Source: a virus. From it: 37,609 nt of DNA. A program made the position numbers and the translations under genes. The notes under the pieces are model-generated. The model had not been told where the DNA came from. It did no database searches and saw nothing but the letters and a program-made list of their open reading frames with translations. Positions 18,249-27,004 of the stretch are shown in pieces (position 1 is the first letter of the stretch; every line of letters starts with the position of its first letter). The stretch lies in the IMG/VR virus record IMGVR_UViG_3300045988_118907, positions 1 to 37,609 of that record; one strand, written 5' to 3'.

Positions 18249-19511
18249 TTACACGCTTGCAGTTGCTTTCTTTACTCTTACAAATCCATTATATTTAGAT
18301 ACAGTTCCACCGATTATAGCATCTGCTCTATAGCAAATCATTCCTTTTTTGAATTGGTAATCTGTACTTTCTTGAACTTCTAAATCAGAAAATACAGGCA
18401 ATTCAAAGTCCATTAAAGAACCATAAATCATTGTGTATTTTCCTGCTGTTGTTTTTTCATTTGAAATAGAGTTACAAGCAGAGTTAATAACAAATGGTAC
18501 TGCAAGTCCTCCATCTTTATATGAAATTGTTCCTCTAGATCCATTTTTCGTTATGCTATAAACAAATTTGCCATCTTCTGTTTTAACTTTAGCAAAAGCT
18601 TTTAGGTCATCTTTTGAAAGTATTAAAGTTTGTGGTGCTTCAACATCTTCATTTCCACCGTAAGCAAATGTAATTTCATTTAAAGTGTCTGCATCAATCC
18701 CTCTTAATTCTATATCGCTTGTTTTTTCAGCATCAGTTGGCATTACTTTTGTATCTGCATTATAGATTCCTTTTATTGTGTTTGTTGTTCCAGCCCCTAC
18801 AATTGATTGTGCACCAATTTTTTTCTTAATTGAGCTTGTTACTCTTTTTGATATTAAAGCTAAGTATTGAGCTGCAGGCAATTTTTTAACTTCTTTTGTT
18901 ACTTCAATATAAGAAGTTATTTTTGCTCTACCTGTTTCAACATAATCAGTCTCAACATCTATATCATGGTATTCTCCACCTTCTGTTGTATAGTCTCCTT
19001 CTCCGTATCCTTTCTCAAATGCTACAGAATAAGATTCTCCTCCATTTAATGGTACAGTATTTAACATATCAACCATTCCTGATACTGCATTAAAGCTTTC
19101 TGAAATTTCATTTTTGTATTTTTTAGGAACTAATATTGTTCCCCCTGATACTGATACACTTCTTTGCTCTCCGTTATCAAAAGCAATCTTTACTGCTTTT
19201 CCTTCTTTTAAGTCTTTTGCTCTTTCTTCGATTATTTTTTCTTCTTCCACTTTTCTTTCCTCCTTAACTGTTTTTTCAATTACTTTTGCTCCTGAAAGAT
19301 TTACATTTCTTTTTTCTAAATCTTCAATTGCTCCTTTTAATAGATTTCTTTCATCTACCTCTTCTGTTTTTTCTTCCGTTGTTTCTTCTTCAACTTCAAC
19401 GTCTTTTAATGCTTCGATTTCTTTTCTAAGTTCTTCTAACTCTTCTGGCTTAGCATTCTCAACTTTCTTTCTTAATTCTTTCTTTTTTTCTTCTAACTCT
19501 TTTAAAGTCAT
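18249..19511 (-). CDS. major capsid protein, HK97 family
   Basis: N-terminal coiled-coil delta domain, then capsid core (VETGRAKITSYIEVTKEVKKLPA...). Confidence 0.9.
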   Translation of the reverse strand: MTLKELEEKKKELRKKVENAKPEELEELRKEIEALKDVEVEEETTEEKTEEVDERNLLKGAIEDLEKRNVNLSGAKVIEKTVKEERKVEEEKIIEERAKDLKEGKAVKIAFDNGEQRSVSVSGGTILVPKKYKNEISESFNAVSGMVDMLNTVPLNGGESYSVAFEKGYGEGDYTTEGGEYHDIDVETDYVETGRAKITSYIEVTKEVKKLPAAQYLALISKRVTSSIKKKIGAQSIVGAGTTNTIKGIYNADTKVMPTDAEKTSDIELRGIDADTLNEITFAYGGNEDVEAPQTLILSKDDLKAFAKVKTEDGKFVYSITKNGSRGTISYKDGGLAVPFVINSACNSISNEKTTAGKYTMIYGSLMDFELPVFSDLEVQESTDYQFKKGMICYRADAIIGGTVSKYNGFVRVKKATASV

Positions 19512-19539
19512 TTTTACTTCCTCCTATTTAAATTTTTAA

Positions 19540-19553
19540 CAGTTCTACCACCG
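19540..19553 (-). repeat. CAGTTCTACCACCG repeat / hairpin B upstream of capsid gene
   Basis: Minus-strand RNA AAC-G-GU-GGUAGA-AC-U-GUU can form a 6 bp stem; identical 14 nt core at 19598. Confidence 0.55.
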
Positions 19554-19593
19554 TTTTTATAAAAACTCTATTTAGTTTCTACCAACTAAAAAA

Positions 19594-19615
19594 GAAGCAG
19601 TTCTACCACCGCTTC
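19594..19615 (-). terminator. terminator-like hairpin A between protease and capsid genes
   Basis: Minus-strand GAAGCGGU-GGUAGA-ACUGCUUC (8 bp with one G-U) followed by U6. Confidence 0.7.
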
Positions 19616-19625
19616 TCTTTCGAGA

Positions 19626-20195
19626 TTATAAACTTAATAATAATTTTAGTCTTTCTTTCTCGTTTTTTAATTCTTGATATTTTCTTTTTTCTTTTTCATA
19701 TTCCTCTTTACTTCTTGCATATATTTCTGTACCATCATAAGCCGGTACATCTACAACCGATACATCAAATAATTGTGCAATCTCAGTAATTCTTCTTGTA
19801 TCCGTTTCGTAATTCCATTCTTGTTTTCTTACCGAAAATGCAAAACTCATCTTATCCAATAATCCAGCTTGTATCATTTTGTATATATCTCTGTTCTGTG
19901 TAGTATCAATTAGTTTTGCTCTTATTTTTAATCCTTTACTATCTATTATTAGTTCTAAGCTTTTATTTCTTGTCCTAGCTAATATTAAGCAATTGTCATT
20001 GTGATTATATTTTAAAACACAATCTGACATATTACAGTCATTAAACGCATCTCTACTAATAACTTCTTTGCACCAACCTAAATCTGTCTCTTCTTCAAAA
20101 ACTGCAGCATAACCTTCAATTATCATCTCGTCCTTTTCTTCCTGTAATGCTCTTAATTCGCTAATTCTCATTTCCTTTATTGCTTTTTCCATCAT
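19626..20195 (-). CDS. HK97-family prohead protease
   Basis: IIEGYAAVFEEETDLGWCKEVISRDAF...HNDNCLILARTRNKSLEL...IYKMIQAGLLDKMSFAFSV. Confidence 0.9.
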   Translation of the reverse strand: MMEKAIKEMRISELRALQEEKDEMIIEGYAAVFEEETDLGWCKEVISRDAFNDCNMSDCVLKYNHNDNCLILARTRNKSLELIIDSKGLKIRAKLIDTTQNRDIYKMIQAGLLDKMSFAFSVRKQEWNYETDTRRITEIAQLFDVSVVDVPAYDGTEIYARSKEEYEKEKRKYQELKNEKERLKLLLSL

Positions 20196-21387
20196 TAATT
20201 CCTCCTTGATATTTATCTGCTAAATTTGCATTTATAACATTTAAAGTCTGTAACCTCTTCTTACCTTCTTCTCCACCTATTGCAGGTAAATCAAAAATTT
20301 CTCTTCCTTCATCTACTGTTATTAACCCCAATGCTCCTGCTTCTTTTATTAAAGATATTTTTGTTTCTGTTTTTGCATATTTTATACGATTTACTGAAAA
20401 TTCTATTCTGTGACCGTCTTTTATTGCCTTTTCATTAAATATTGCATTTGTAAATGCTTGTCCCATTTGTATTGCTCGTGGTTCTAAAACACTCTCATAA
20501 AATGCATTCCATTCATCGGCTGTGTATTTACTTTTAACTATATATTCAGAAATCATAAAATATCCATATATGTTCCCGTTTACCATTTCAAGTTGTTCTT
20601 TTTCCAATAAAACCGGATTTAAATTTATTTCTTTAAAGTCAAGCCTTGCATCTAATCCACCTATTCCATCTGTGCTTGATAATAAAGATTTTACAAAATT
20701 ACTTTTCATTTCTTCAATATCTTTGTCTTTTAACATAGCCTGTGAAGCTTTTAATACACCTCTCAACGAAGCACTTATCTTGATTGCATTTTTTATACCA
20801 TCATCGGCAACAGTTTGTGTTTCTATAGCCCCTTCTAAAGTTTGATTTGTATCCCCATAAAAATCATGTTTTGTATAAAAATTTCTTAAATGAATAATTC
20901 TATCATATTTCACATAGTAGATATTTCCATCTATAAATTGAAATTTCAGCCAAACTTCCTTTTCATATTCTACTAGAGTACAGAATAACGGGTTTAATGG
21001 ATATAATCCCCTCAAATAACCTTTATCATCTATATCTTGATAAATGTATTCGTTATTTTGTGCTAATAATAAACTTATAGTTTTATAAATAAAATCATAT
21101 GTAGTCATATATGGATTTGGCTTTATACTAATAATATAATTTATTTGTCCTGATATATGATTTTTAAATTCTCCGTTCTGCTGATAATGTCTAGGCATCA
21201 TTTTAGCACAATGTGTTGCGATTGTATGTATACATTCTTTTGCAATTATATTGTCATCGATATTATCTGAAATATTTGTATATGTAGCATTAAATCCACT
21301 TAACAATCTTAATACATTATCATTAACTATATTTTGTTTTTTATTTCCAAACACCATATTAAATAAACTGCGCTTTTCTTTTTTCAT
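20161..21387 (-). CDS. HK97-family portal protein
   Basis: HCAKMMPRHYQQNG...IRLRN; FNAISECIVKSKYTADEWNAFYESVLEPRAIQMGQAFTNAIFN-type portal features. Confidence 0.9.
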   Translation of the reverse strand: MKKEKRSLFNMVFGNKKQNIVNDNVLRLLSGFNATYTNISDNIDDNIIAKECIHTIATHCAKMMPRHYQQNGEFKNHISGQINYIISIKPNPYMTTYDFIYKTISLLLAQNNEYIYQDIDDKGYLRGLYPLNPLFCTLVEYEKEVWLKFQFIDGNIYYVKYDRIIHLRNFYTKHDFYGDTNQTLEGAIETQTVADDGIKNAIKISASLRGVLKASQAMLKDKDIEEMKSNFVKSLLSSTDGIGGLDARLDFKEINLNPVLLEKEQLEMVNGNIYGYFMISEYIVKSKYTADEWNAFYESVLEPRAIQMGQAFTNAIFNEKAIKDGHRIEFSVNRIKYAKTETKISLIKEAGALGLITVDEGREIFDLPAIGGEEGKKRLQTLNVINANLADKYQGGINDGKSNKGNEN

Positions 21388-21388
21388 T

Positions 21389-23092
21389 TCACTCCTCCTG
21401 TAGAGCTAAATAATCATTCATTTTTTCAAATAAAACACAGTAAGCTATTATTAAACTTACTGTGCCATCTATTCTCGCTCTTTGTTTCTGTCCTTTTACT
21501 GGTCTTATATTATCGTTATCATCTCTTTTTACTGCCGTATTACATAAACACCATTTTAAAATTGGGTTGCTGTTATAATTAACATTCTTTTCTATTAAAT
21601 CTGCTTCTAATTGCTTCATAGGATTGCTCATTGTTTTTGCTCCTTGTCTTACTTCTACCATTTCAAATCCTTGTTCTTTCATTTCTTCTACCCAGTATTG
21701 AGTATTCCAAGGATCATAACCAACCCACAAAGCTGATATATCGTATTCATGATGCATCTTTAAGAACCATTGTGTAACATCACTGTAGTTTACTTTTGCA
21801 CCTTCACATATTGTAACTAATCCACGTTTTTCCCATTTGTCATATGGTATCTTGTCGTCTTTAATTTTAAATTCTAATCTTTCACTAGGTATAAAATATT
21901 GTTGAATTACATATTTCTTACCACCTTTAACAATAAGTAATGTTGCACAAGTTAAGTCTGTTGTACTTGATAAGTCTACTCCTCCTACTGCATATGTATC
22001 AAATAAATCTTCTATGTTGTATGTTATAGGATTGTCAACGACATCGAATGATAACCACTTATCTTGTTCATTTTGTCTTATATTAAAGTCTTTGCATAGT
22101 AAGTTAGCTAACTCTGTTGGATTATTTTTTGCTCTGTTCACTTTGTCTCTCAAATCTTTTATATTCTTTATTGTTCCTAATCCAGGATTAGCTTTATACC
22201 ATTTTTTTTCATCTTGCCATTCATTAGGATTATCTAATTCATATATAACTGCTAATACTGTTTCATCTACTATTCCGCCTTCTTTTCCTTCATATCCATC
22301 TATAACTGATGAAGCATATTCATATTCATTATCAAATACACTCTCTCTAACAGTTCCCATAGTTGATGTTTCTAAAAGCAAAGGTTGCTCTCTAGCAGAC
22401 ATTGAGTCATACATAACATCTAATAAGTTTTTATCCTTCCAAGCATGTACCTCATCACATATAACAAAATAAGCATTTAATCCATCAAGTGAATTAGAAT
22501 CAGATGCAAGTGCTTTGAAAAAACTTTCTGTTTTATCGTAAAATAATCCATTAACTAAACATCTTACTCTTTTAGCTAGAACAGGACTTTTCTTTATCAT
22601 TCTTTTTGCTTCTTCCCAAACAACTTTTGCTTGGTCTTTTTTAGTAGCTACTGAATAAACTTCTGCTCCGCCTTCGCCATCAGATGTTAGCATATAATTT
22701 CCAAGTCCACCATCTATTGTTGACTTTCCGTTTTTTCTTCCTACATCTAATATTCCTTTTTTATATTTCCTTAGCTCTGTTTCTTTATCTATAAAACCAA
22801 ATAGTGCCTGTATAAAAGCCTTTTGCCATAGTTCTAAAATAACTGGTTTTCCTGCCCATTTACCTTTTGAGTGTTTGCAAAACTTTTCTATAAAGTTAAT
22901 TGGTCTGTTCCCTCTTTGTTCATCAAGCACATAGGTATGAGTTTCTTCTTCCTCTGTTATCTCATTAAAAAAAGAAACTTGTTTTGGATTATAAATATCT
23001 TTTACAAGTTTCTTATATGTAGTTAAAACCTTATAGCAAGCTTTATCTGGATTCTTTAATAGAAACTGATAATACTCTTCTATGTATGTCAT
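21389..23092 (-). CDS. terminase large subunit
   Basis: Walker-type GRKNGKST, VICDEVHAWK, nuclease GGVDLSSTTDLT. Confidence 0.95.
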   Translation of the reverse strand: MTYIEEYYQFLLKNPDKACYKVLTTYKKLVKDIYNPKQVSFFNEITEEEETHTYVLDEQRGNRPINFIEKFCKHSKGKWAGKPVILELWQKAFIQALFGFIDKETELRKYKKGILDVGRKNGKSTIDGGLGNYMLTSDGEGGAEVYSVATKKDQAKVVWEEAKRMIKKSPVLAKRVRCLVNGLFYDKTESFFKALASDSNSLDGLNAYFVICDEVHAWKDKNLLDVMYDSMSAREQPLLLETSTMGTVRESVFDNEYEYASSVIDGYEGKEGGIVDETVLAVIYELDNPNEWQDEKKWYKANPGLGTIKNIKDLRDKVNRAKNNPTELANLLCKDFNIRQNEQDKWLSFDVVDNPITYNIEDLFDTYAVGGVDLSSTTDLTCATLLIVKGGKKYVIQQYFIPSERLEFKIKDDKIPYDKWEKRGLVTICEGAKVNYSDVTQWFLKMHHEYDISALWVGYDPWNTQYWVEEMKEQGFEMVEVRQGAKTMSNPMKQLEADLIEKNVNYNSNPILKWCLCNTAVKRDDNDNIRPVKGQKQRARIDGTVSLIIAYCVLFEKMNDYLALQEE

Positions 23093-23484
23093 AGAGAACC
23101 ATTGAATCGTCCAAATTCATCATCCTCATTTATTTTCTTTTCCTCTGGTAGCATATCATTTAATTGTTTTATTATATTCATATAGTTTTTTACCATTGTG
23201 TTATATGTTTTGCTTTCTATTGATTCTTTAAATCCAAATTGGTCTTTTCCATTTACGTAAGTTTCTTTTACTCCGTATAGTTTTATATCTTCCTTAAGTT
23301 CATCTAGTGTTATAGACATAAAAGAAGCATTTTCAATTAATTTTTCTGCCATTTTCTTTTTATTATCTGGTAAATCTTTGAATAATTTTTTCAGTTTTTG
23401 AGTTTCTTTCCTTATTTTCTTGTTTTTCTCGATAAGTGCTTGTCCACTTAATTTTTCACGTAAATCAACTTTTTCTTCTTCCAT
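23089..23484 (-). CDS. terminase small subunit (P27-like)
   Basis: KLFKDLPDNKKKMAEKLIENASFMSITLDELKEDI...; ATGA-type overlap with large subunit. Confidence 0.8.
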   Translation of the reverse strand: MEEEKVDLREKLSGQALIEKNKKIRKETQKLKKLFKDLPDNKKKMAEKLIENASFMSITLDELKEDIKLYGVKETYVNGKDQFGFKESIESKTYNTMVKNYMNIIKQLNDMLPEEKKINEDDEFGRFNGSL

Positions 23485-23596
23485 ATCTACACCTCCTTAT
23501 ACTACACCCCTCACGCAAAATAACTTGTGTATTTTTCGAACCCCCACCCACCGTTCTCCCATATACATTGGTTTTACTAGCTTATGGGGGGATATC

Positions 23597-24076
23597 TTAT
23601 CTATTAACCGTTTCTATTTCTTTTACTGAATTATCTAAAACTAAAACTTTTCTATGTAGCTTCTTCTTTAATCTTTTTTCTAATCTATCTTTGTCATCGT
23701 CTTTCAAAAACGCATTCATCTTAACAATTAATATATCTTTTCTTTTTAGTTTTAACTTTTTTATTTCATAAGTGCATTCTTTGACAACTCTTTTTACTTC
23801 TTGTTTTATTTGTCTTAATTGTTTTAATGCATTGTCTGTTTGTATATCTACATTTAATGTATAAGTATTATTTTTGATCATTTTTTTGCTAAAACTCCTT
23901 TTCATTAAACATATATCGTTTATTATTCTTTTTATATAGTTTAATGGTGTTCTTTTGGCATATTTCCATTGAGTTGTATTAGTACATCCTTCTTTCCCGT
24001 CTTTGTGTTTGCAACATGTTTTTTTGCATTGATTATTTGATTTATAATTGCAACTATATATTTTAGTCTTATTCAT
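23597..24076 (-). CDS. hypothetical phage protein
   Basis: Cys-rich N-terminus, ORF. Confidence 0.5.
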   Translation of the reverse strand: MNKTKIYSCNYKSNNQCKKTCCKHKDGKEGCTNTTQWKYAKRTPLNYIKRIINDICLMKRSFSKKMIKNNTYTLNVDIQTDNALKQLRQIKQEVKRVVKECTYEIKKLKLKRKDILIVKMNAFLKDDDKDRLEKRLKKKLHRKVLVLDNSVKEIETVNR

Positions 24077-24378
24077 TCTTTATCAAATCTCCATTCTCGT
24101 CAAATATATATTCTTGTTCATCTGCAAAATGTTCTTTGTTGTGACATTCTTGACATAAGCATTCTAGGTTATCTATGTTAAAGAATACATTGTCATCTTC
24201 ATAGTTTAAGTCAGTAATGTATTCCTTATGATGTATTATTACAGCAGGATTATATATCCCGCTTCTTTAAACATCTTTCACATAAACCGTTTGTCATTAA
24301 TAGCTTTTGTTTTCTTAGTCTCTGCCACCTTTTACTTTTGTATTTCTTTGCTATTTTAGGATTGTCTCTATACGTCAT
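24054..24378 (-). CDS. HNH endonuclease, requires +1 shift at CGG 24261-24259
   Basis: MTYRDNPKIAKKYKSKRWQRLRKQKLLMTNGLCERCLKK then (skip C) GIYNPAVIIHHKEYITDLNYEDDNVFFNIDNLECLCQECHNKEHFADEQEYIFDENGDLIKNKTKI*; length 325 = 3x108+1. Catalytic HH...N...CxxCHNKEH lies after the CGG. Confidence 0.9.
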
Positions 24379-24380
24379 GA

Positions 24381-24662
24381 TTATTTATCTTTTTTATTTT
24401 TTCTAGTTGTTGTTTTCTTTATTGCTGTTTCTTTCTCAGTTTTTTTAGTTGCTGTTTCTACTTCTTCTGTTTTTTCTACTTTTTCCACAAATACTTCATG
24501 ATACTCATTTGCTTTTGTTAGTACTGTATACCTTTCTTCTGATACCTCGAACTCTTCACCTTTCTTTGGTATTTTGTCTAGTTCTAAATCCTTTATATTT
24601 AATTTTTCATACCTATCTGTTGCTTTTACTAACATTTTAATTCCTCCTATTTTATTAAACAT
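24381..24662 (-). CDS. hypothetical protein with Lys/Thr/Glu tail
   Basis: ORF; start possibly MLVKATDRYE. Confidence 0.5.
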   Translation of the reverse strand: MFNKIGGIKMLVKATDRYEKLNIKDLELDKIPKKGEEFEVSEERYTVLTKANEYHEVFVEKVEKTEEVETATKKTEKETAIKKTTTRKNKKDK

Positions 24663-24904
24663 TTATTTTTAACTAGATAAGGACATCTTACTATCTGCTT
24701 ATCTAGGTTTATAACCTCTAAAAAAGAACATTCTTGGCACTGTTCCGATAATTGTACATTTATTAACTTTCTTTTCCATTTTTCTTCTCTTTCTTCTTGT
24801 GTTTCTATCATCTCTATTGTCCTTTTACAATCATCTAATTTACATTCTTTACATTTTTTCCCTTGTATTGGACATACTTTATTATCTATCAAACATTGTT
24901 CCAT
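24647..24904 (-). CDS. Cys-rich (zinc-binding) phage protein
   Basis: CPIQGKKCKECKLDDCKR...CQECSFLEVINLDKQIVRCPY. Confidence 0.55.
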   Translation of the reverse strand: MEQCLIDNKVCPIQGKKCKECKLDDCKRTIEMIETQEEREEKWKRKLINVQLSEQCQECSFLEVINLDKQIVRCPYLVKNKCLIK

Positions 24905-24908
24905 ATCT

Positions 24909-25025
24909 TTAATCCTCTGTACACTTTAGTTTTCCATTTATGTCTTGTGTTATTTTACAGTCAATATCTTTATTACATTTACTGCAGTTTTCTTCTTTGA
25001 ATTGTTTTATTTGTTCTAGAGTCAT
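24909..25025 (-). CDS. small Cys-rich peptide (38 aa)
   Basis: RBS GAGGTAAT; MTLEQIKQFKEENCSKCNKDIDCKITQDINGKLKCTED*. Confidence 0.5.
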   Translation of the reverse strand: MTLEQIKQFKEENCSKCNKDIDCKITQDINGKLKCTED

Positions 25026-25056
25026 ATTATTACCTCTTTTCTTATAAACACTTTGT

Positions 25057-25129
25057 TCTAGGTAGTAGGAGTTGTACCTACACTCTCAGGTGTCCAAGAC
25101 CCGCATCTTACTATCAAGACTTTACCTAG
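25057..25129 (-). tRNA. divergent tRNA-Pro(UGG)-like gene
   Basis: CTAGGTA AA GTCT TGATAGTA AGAT G CGGGT CTTGGAC ACCTG AGAGT GTAGG TACAACT CCTAC TACCTAG A: 7 bp acceptor, 4 bp D, 5 bp anticodon and 5 bp T stems. C1-G72 and A73 are Pro-like; no encoded CCA; A8/T14 and T-loop TACAACT are atypical. Confidence 0.6.
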
Positions 25130-25230
25130 ATATTAGAACTCGCTAGGAATGTTCTTTATATACTCAAAGGATAATAATCATTACAGCCAAATTTATATTA
25201 TCAGTTACCTAGCATACTGGTAATAACTAA

Positions 25231-25581
25231 TTAATTGTTATAAAACACTTGCTTTCCGTATTCTACTGCTACTTCATGTTCTATTTTGCATCCTCTTGCT
25301 TTTTCCCAACCTTTCATAAATACAATTCCATCAACTTTTCCTATGTATCTAATTGATTGAGATAACATGTAAATTGCAATATCTTCATCTTCTGGTGCAT
25401 TTTCAAATACTGTATCTATAACTTCGTTTCCTTCTTCTTGTAATCTACTTACTAATTCTGCTCTTTCTTCTCTTATTTGTTCATTTGTTTTACCTTTCAT
25501 AGGTTGGCTTATCATTAATTTCATAATTTTTATTCTTCCTTTCATAACATAATAAAAAGAGTAAATACTAAGGGCTTGCAT
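25231..25581 (-). CDS. DUF4406-like (nucleoside 2-deoxyribosyltransferase-like) protein
   Basis: KLMISQPMKGKTNEQI...GKVDGIVFMKGWEKARGCKIEHEVAVEYGK; real start probably MKLMISQPM. Confidence 0.75.
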   Translation of the reverse strand: MQALSIYSFYYVMKGRIKIMKLMISQPMKGKTNEQIREERAELVSRLQEEGNEVIDTVFENAPEDEDIAIYMLSQSIRYIGKVDGIVFMKGWEKARGCKIEHEVAVEYGKQVFYNN

Positions 25582-25674
25582 TTACTCTTTACTCTACTTA
25601 CATTTTTTCTATTATAATTATAGTACTTTCAAAAAGAAATTAAAAGGAAGTTTTTGCGTAATTTTTGCGAAGTT

Positions 25675-26229
25675 TTAGTCCAAACCCGCATTTATTATAT
25701 TTAACATCTTTTCCATAGCATTGTCTCTATATGTCTGTAATTGTTTTACACATTTATATTTTTCAAATTCCTTAAAATATGCTTTTTCTACATAATCCCA
25801 TTTTGATTTTCTCATATAATACGTTTCTATTACAAATTTTTCTTCTTGTGTTAATGGTTCAATCATATTTTTAACTCTAACAACTATTTTATTTAATTTT
25901 CCTTTGTCTATATTTAATTTTGCAATTTGTCTTTTTAGATACTCTCTATCTTCTTTGTTTATATGATTTAATTCTTTTTCATAATTTAGAACTGTACTTG
26001 ACACCTTGTCTGATATTTTATTTGTATTGCTATGTATGCTATCAAATACTTGCCCCGCTATTTGCATATTCTCTATTACTTCTCTTTCATCGTCTTCATA
26101 AACAGTTCCTGAATATTCTAACCTTTCTTTGTATTCTTCTTCTTTTATTTCAATTTCTGTTAATTTTGATTCGTTCTCTTTATGATGTATCAACATTGTT
26201 TCAACGTCTTCTTTTATATATTTACTCAT
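25675..26229 (-). CDS. phage RinA/ArpU/sigma-like transcriptional regulator
   Basis: C-terminal region 4-like: IEPLTQEEKFVIETYYMRKSKWDYVEKAYF; late-gene regulator position. Confidence 0.5.
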   Translation of the reverse strand: MSKYIKEDVETMLIHHKENESKLTEIEIKEEEYKERLEYSGTVYEDDEREVIENMQIAGQVFDSIHSNTNKISDKVSSTVLNYEKELNHINKEDREYLKRQIAKLNIDKGKLNKIVVRVKNMIEPLTQEEKFVIETYYMRKSKWDYVEKAYFKEFEKYKCVKQLQTYRDNAMEKMLNIINAGLD

Positions 26230-26413
26230 TTGTGCCTCCTTGTTTTCTTTTTATATCTTCTCTTATAAGTTCATCTTTAAAATTGTCTAAGATTTTATAT
26301 GCTTTATTTATTTGTGCTTGACTTTCTTTTCTTTTCGATATGTCTAATAAGTTTATGTTTTCTAATTCTTTCATTGTGTCTATTACTTTGTTGTATACAT
26401 GGTTTATTGTCAT
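26222..26413 (-). CDS. hypothetical protein
   Basis: ORF. Confidence 0.4.
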   Translation of the reverse strand: MTINHVYNKVIDTMKELENINLLDISKRKESQAQINKAYKILDNFKDELIREDIKRKQGGTNE

Positions 26414-26622
26414 TTGTTTTTCCTTTCTTTCAAATATCTATATATTACTCTTTCTACATAAGCTAATGCTTCATAATTGCTTATGTATCTTCCATCATGT
26501 CTGTGTCTTACGCTTGATCTTATTATTTTTATTTCTTGATTGTATTGTCTTCTATACATTGTTGCTAATTGATTTTTACTTAAACCTCGTTTCCATTTTG
26601 TTATTATCTCATTTTCTTTCAT
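26410..26622 (-). CDS. small HTH-like protein
   Basis: KWKRGLSKNQLATMYRRQYNQEIKIIRSSVRHRHDGRYISNYEALAYVERVIYRYL. Confidence 0.5.
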   Translation of the reverse strand: MKENEIITKWKRGLSKNQLATMYRRQYNQEIKIIRSSVRHRHDGRYISNYEALAYVERVIYRYLKERKNK

Positions 26623-26649
26623 ACTACCACCTTATTGTAGTATGCTCTT

Positions 26650-26817
26650 TTATTTATTTAATAATTCTTTTGCTTTATTTTCAAAATATTTTATATGTTT
26701 CTTAAAATATTCTATTGCTTCTTCTTGTTCTTGCTTATCAACAGCTTTTATTGCTTCATCTAATTCTTCTAATGTGACTTTTTTTAAATCTTTTAATACT
26801 TCTTGTTCTTTTGTCAT
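26650..26817 (-). CDS. small acidic/coiled-coil protein (55 aa)
   Basis: MTKEQEVLKDLKKVTLEELDEAIKAVDKQEQEEAIEYFKKHIKYFENKAKELLNK*. Confidence 0.45.
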   Translation of the reverse strand: MTKEQEVLKDLKKVTLEELDEAIKAVDKQEQEEAIEYFKKHIKYFENKAKELLNK

Positions 26818-26820
26818 ATG

Positions 26821-27003
26821 TTAGTCCTCCTTTAATTCTCTTCCACACATCGGGCAATAATTTGCTTTTATTCTTAAATGATTTATTCCTGTTTTATTTA
26901 TCAATTCTTGTCGTATTTCTTCTGTATTAGTTAATGGTGCTAACATAGGTGCCATTAACTGTTTGACTTCAACATAATATATAGCATTACAATATTCACA
27001 CAT
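26821..27003 (-). CDS. small zinc-ribbon protein
   Basis: MCEYCNAIYYVEV...IKANYCPMCGREL. Confidence 0.6.
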   Translation of the reverse strand: MCEYCNAIYYVEVKQLMAPMLAPLTNTEEIRQELINKTGINHLRIKANYCPMCGRELKED

Positions 27004-27004
27004 T

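Noticed and set aside
1990-24260. Stop-codon readthrough/recoding (TAA, TAG or TGA as sense)
   Set aside because: The frame-0 stops following CGG are of all three kinds and those codons terminate genes normally elsewhere; reading through does not give family-like sequence.
25057-25129. tRNA-like element as the direct CGG decoder
   Set aside because: The predicted anticodon is UGG with a 7 nt loop, which pairs with CCA/CCN, not CGG or CGGN.
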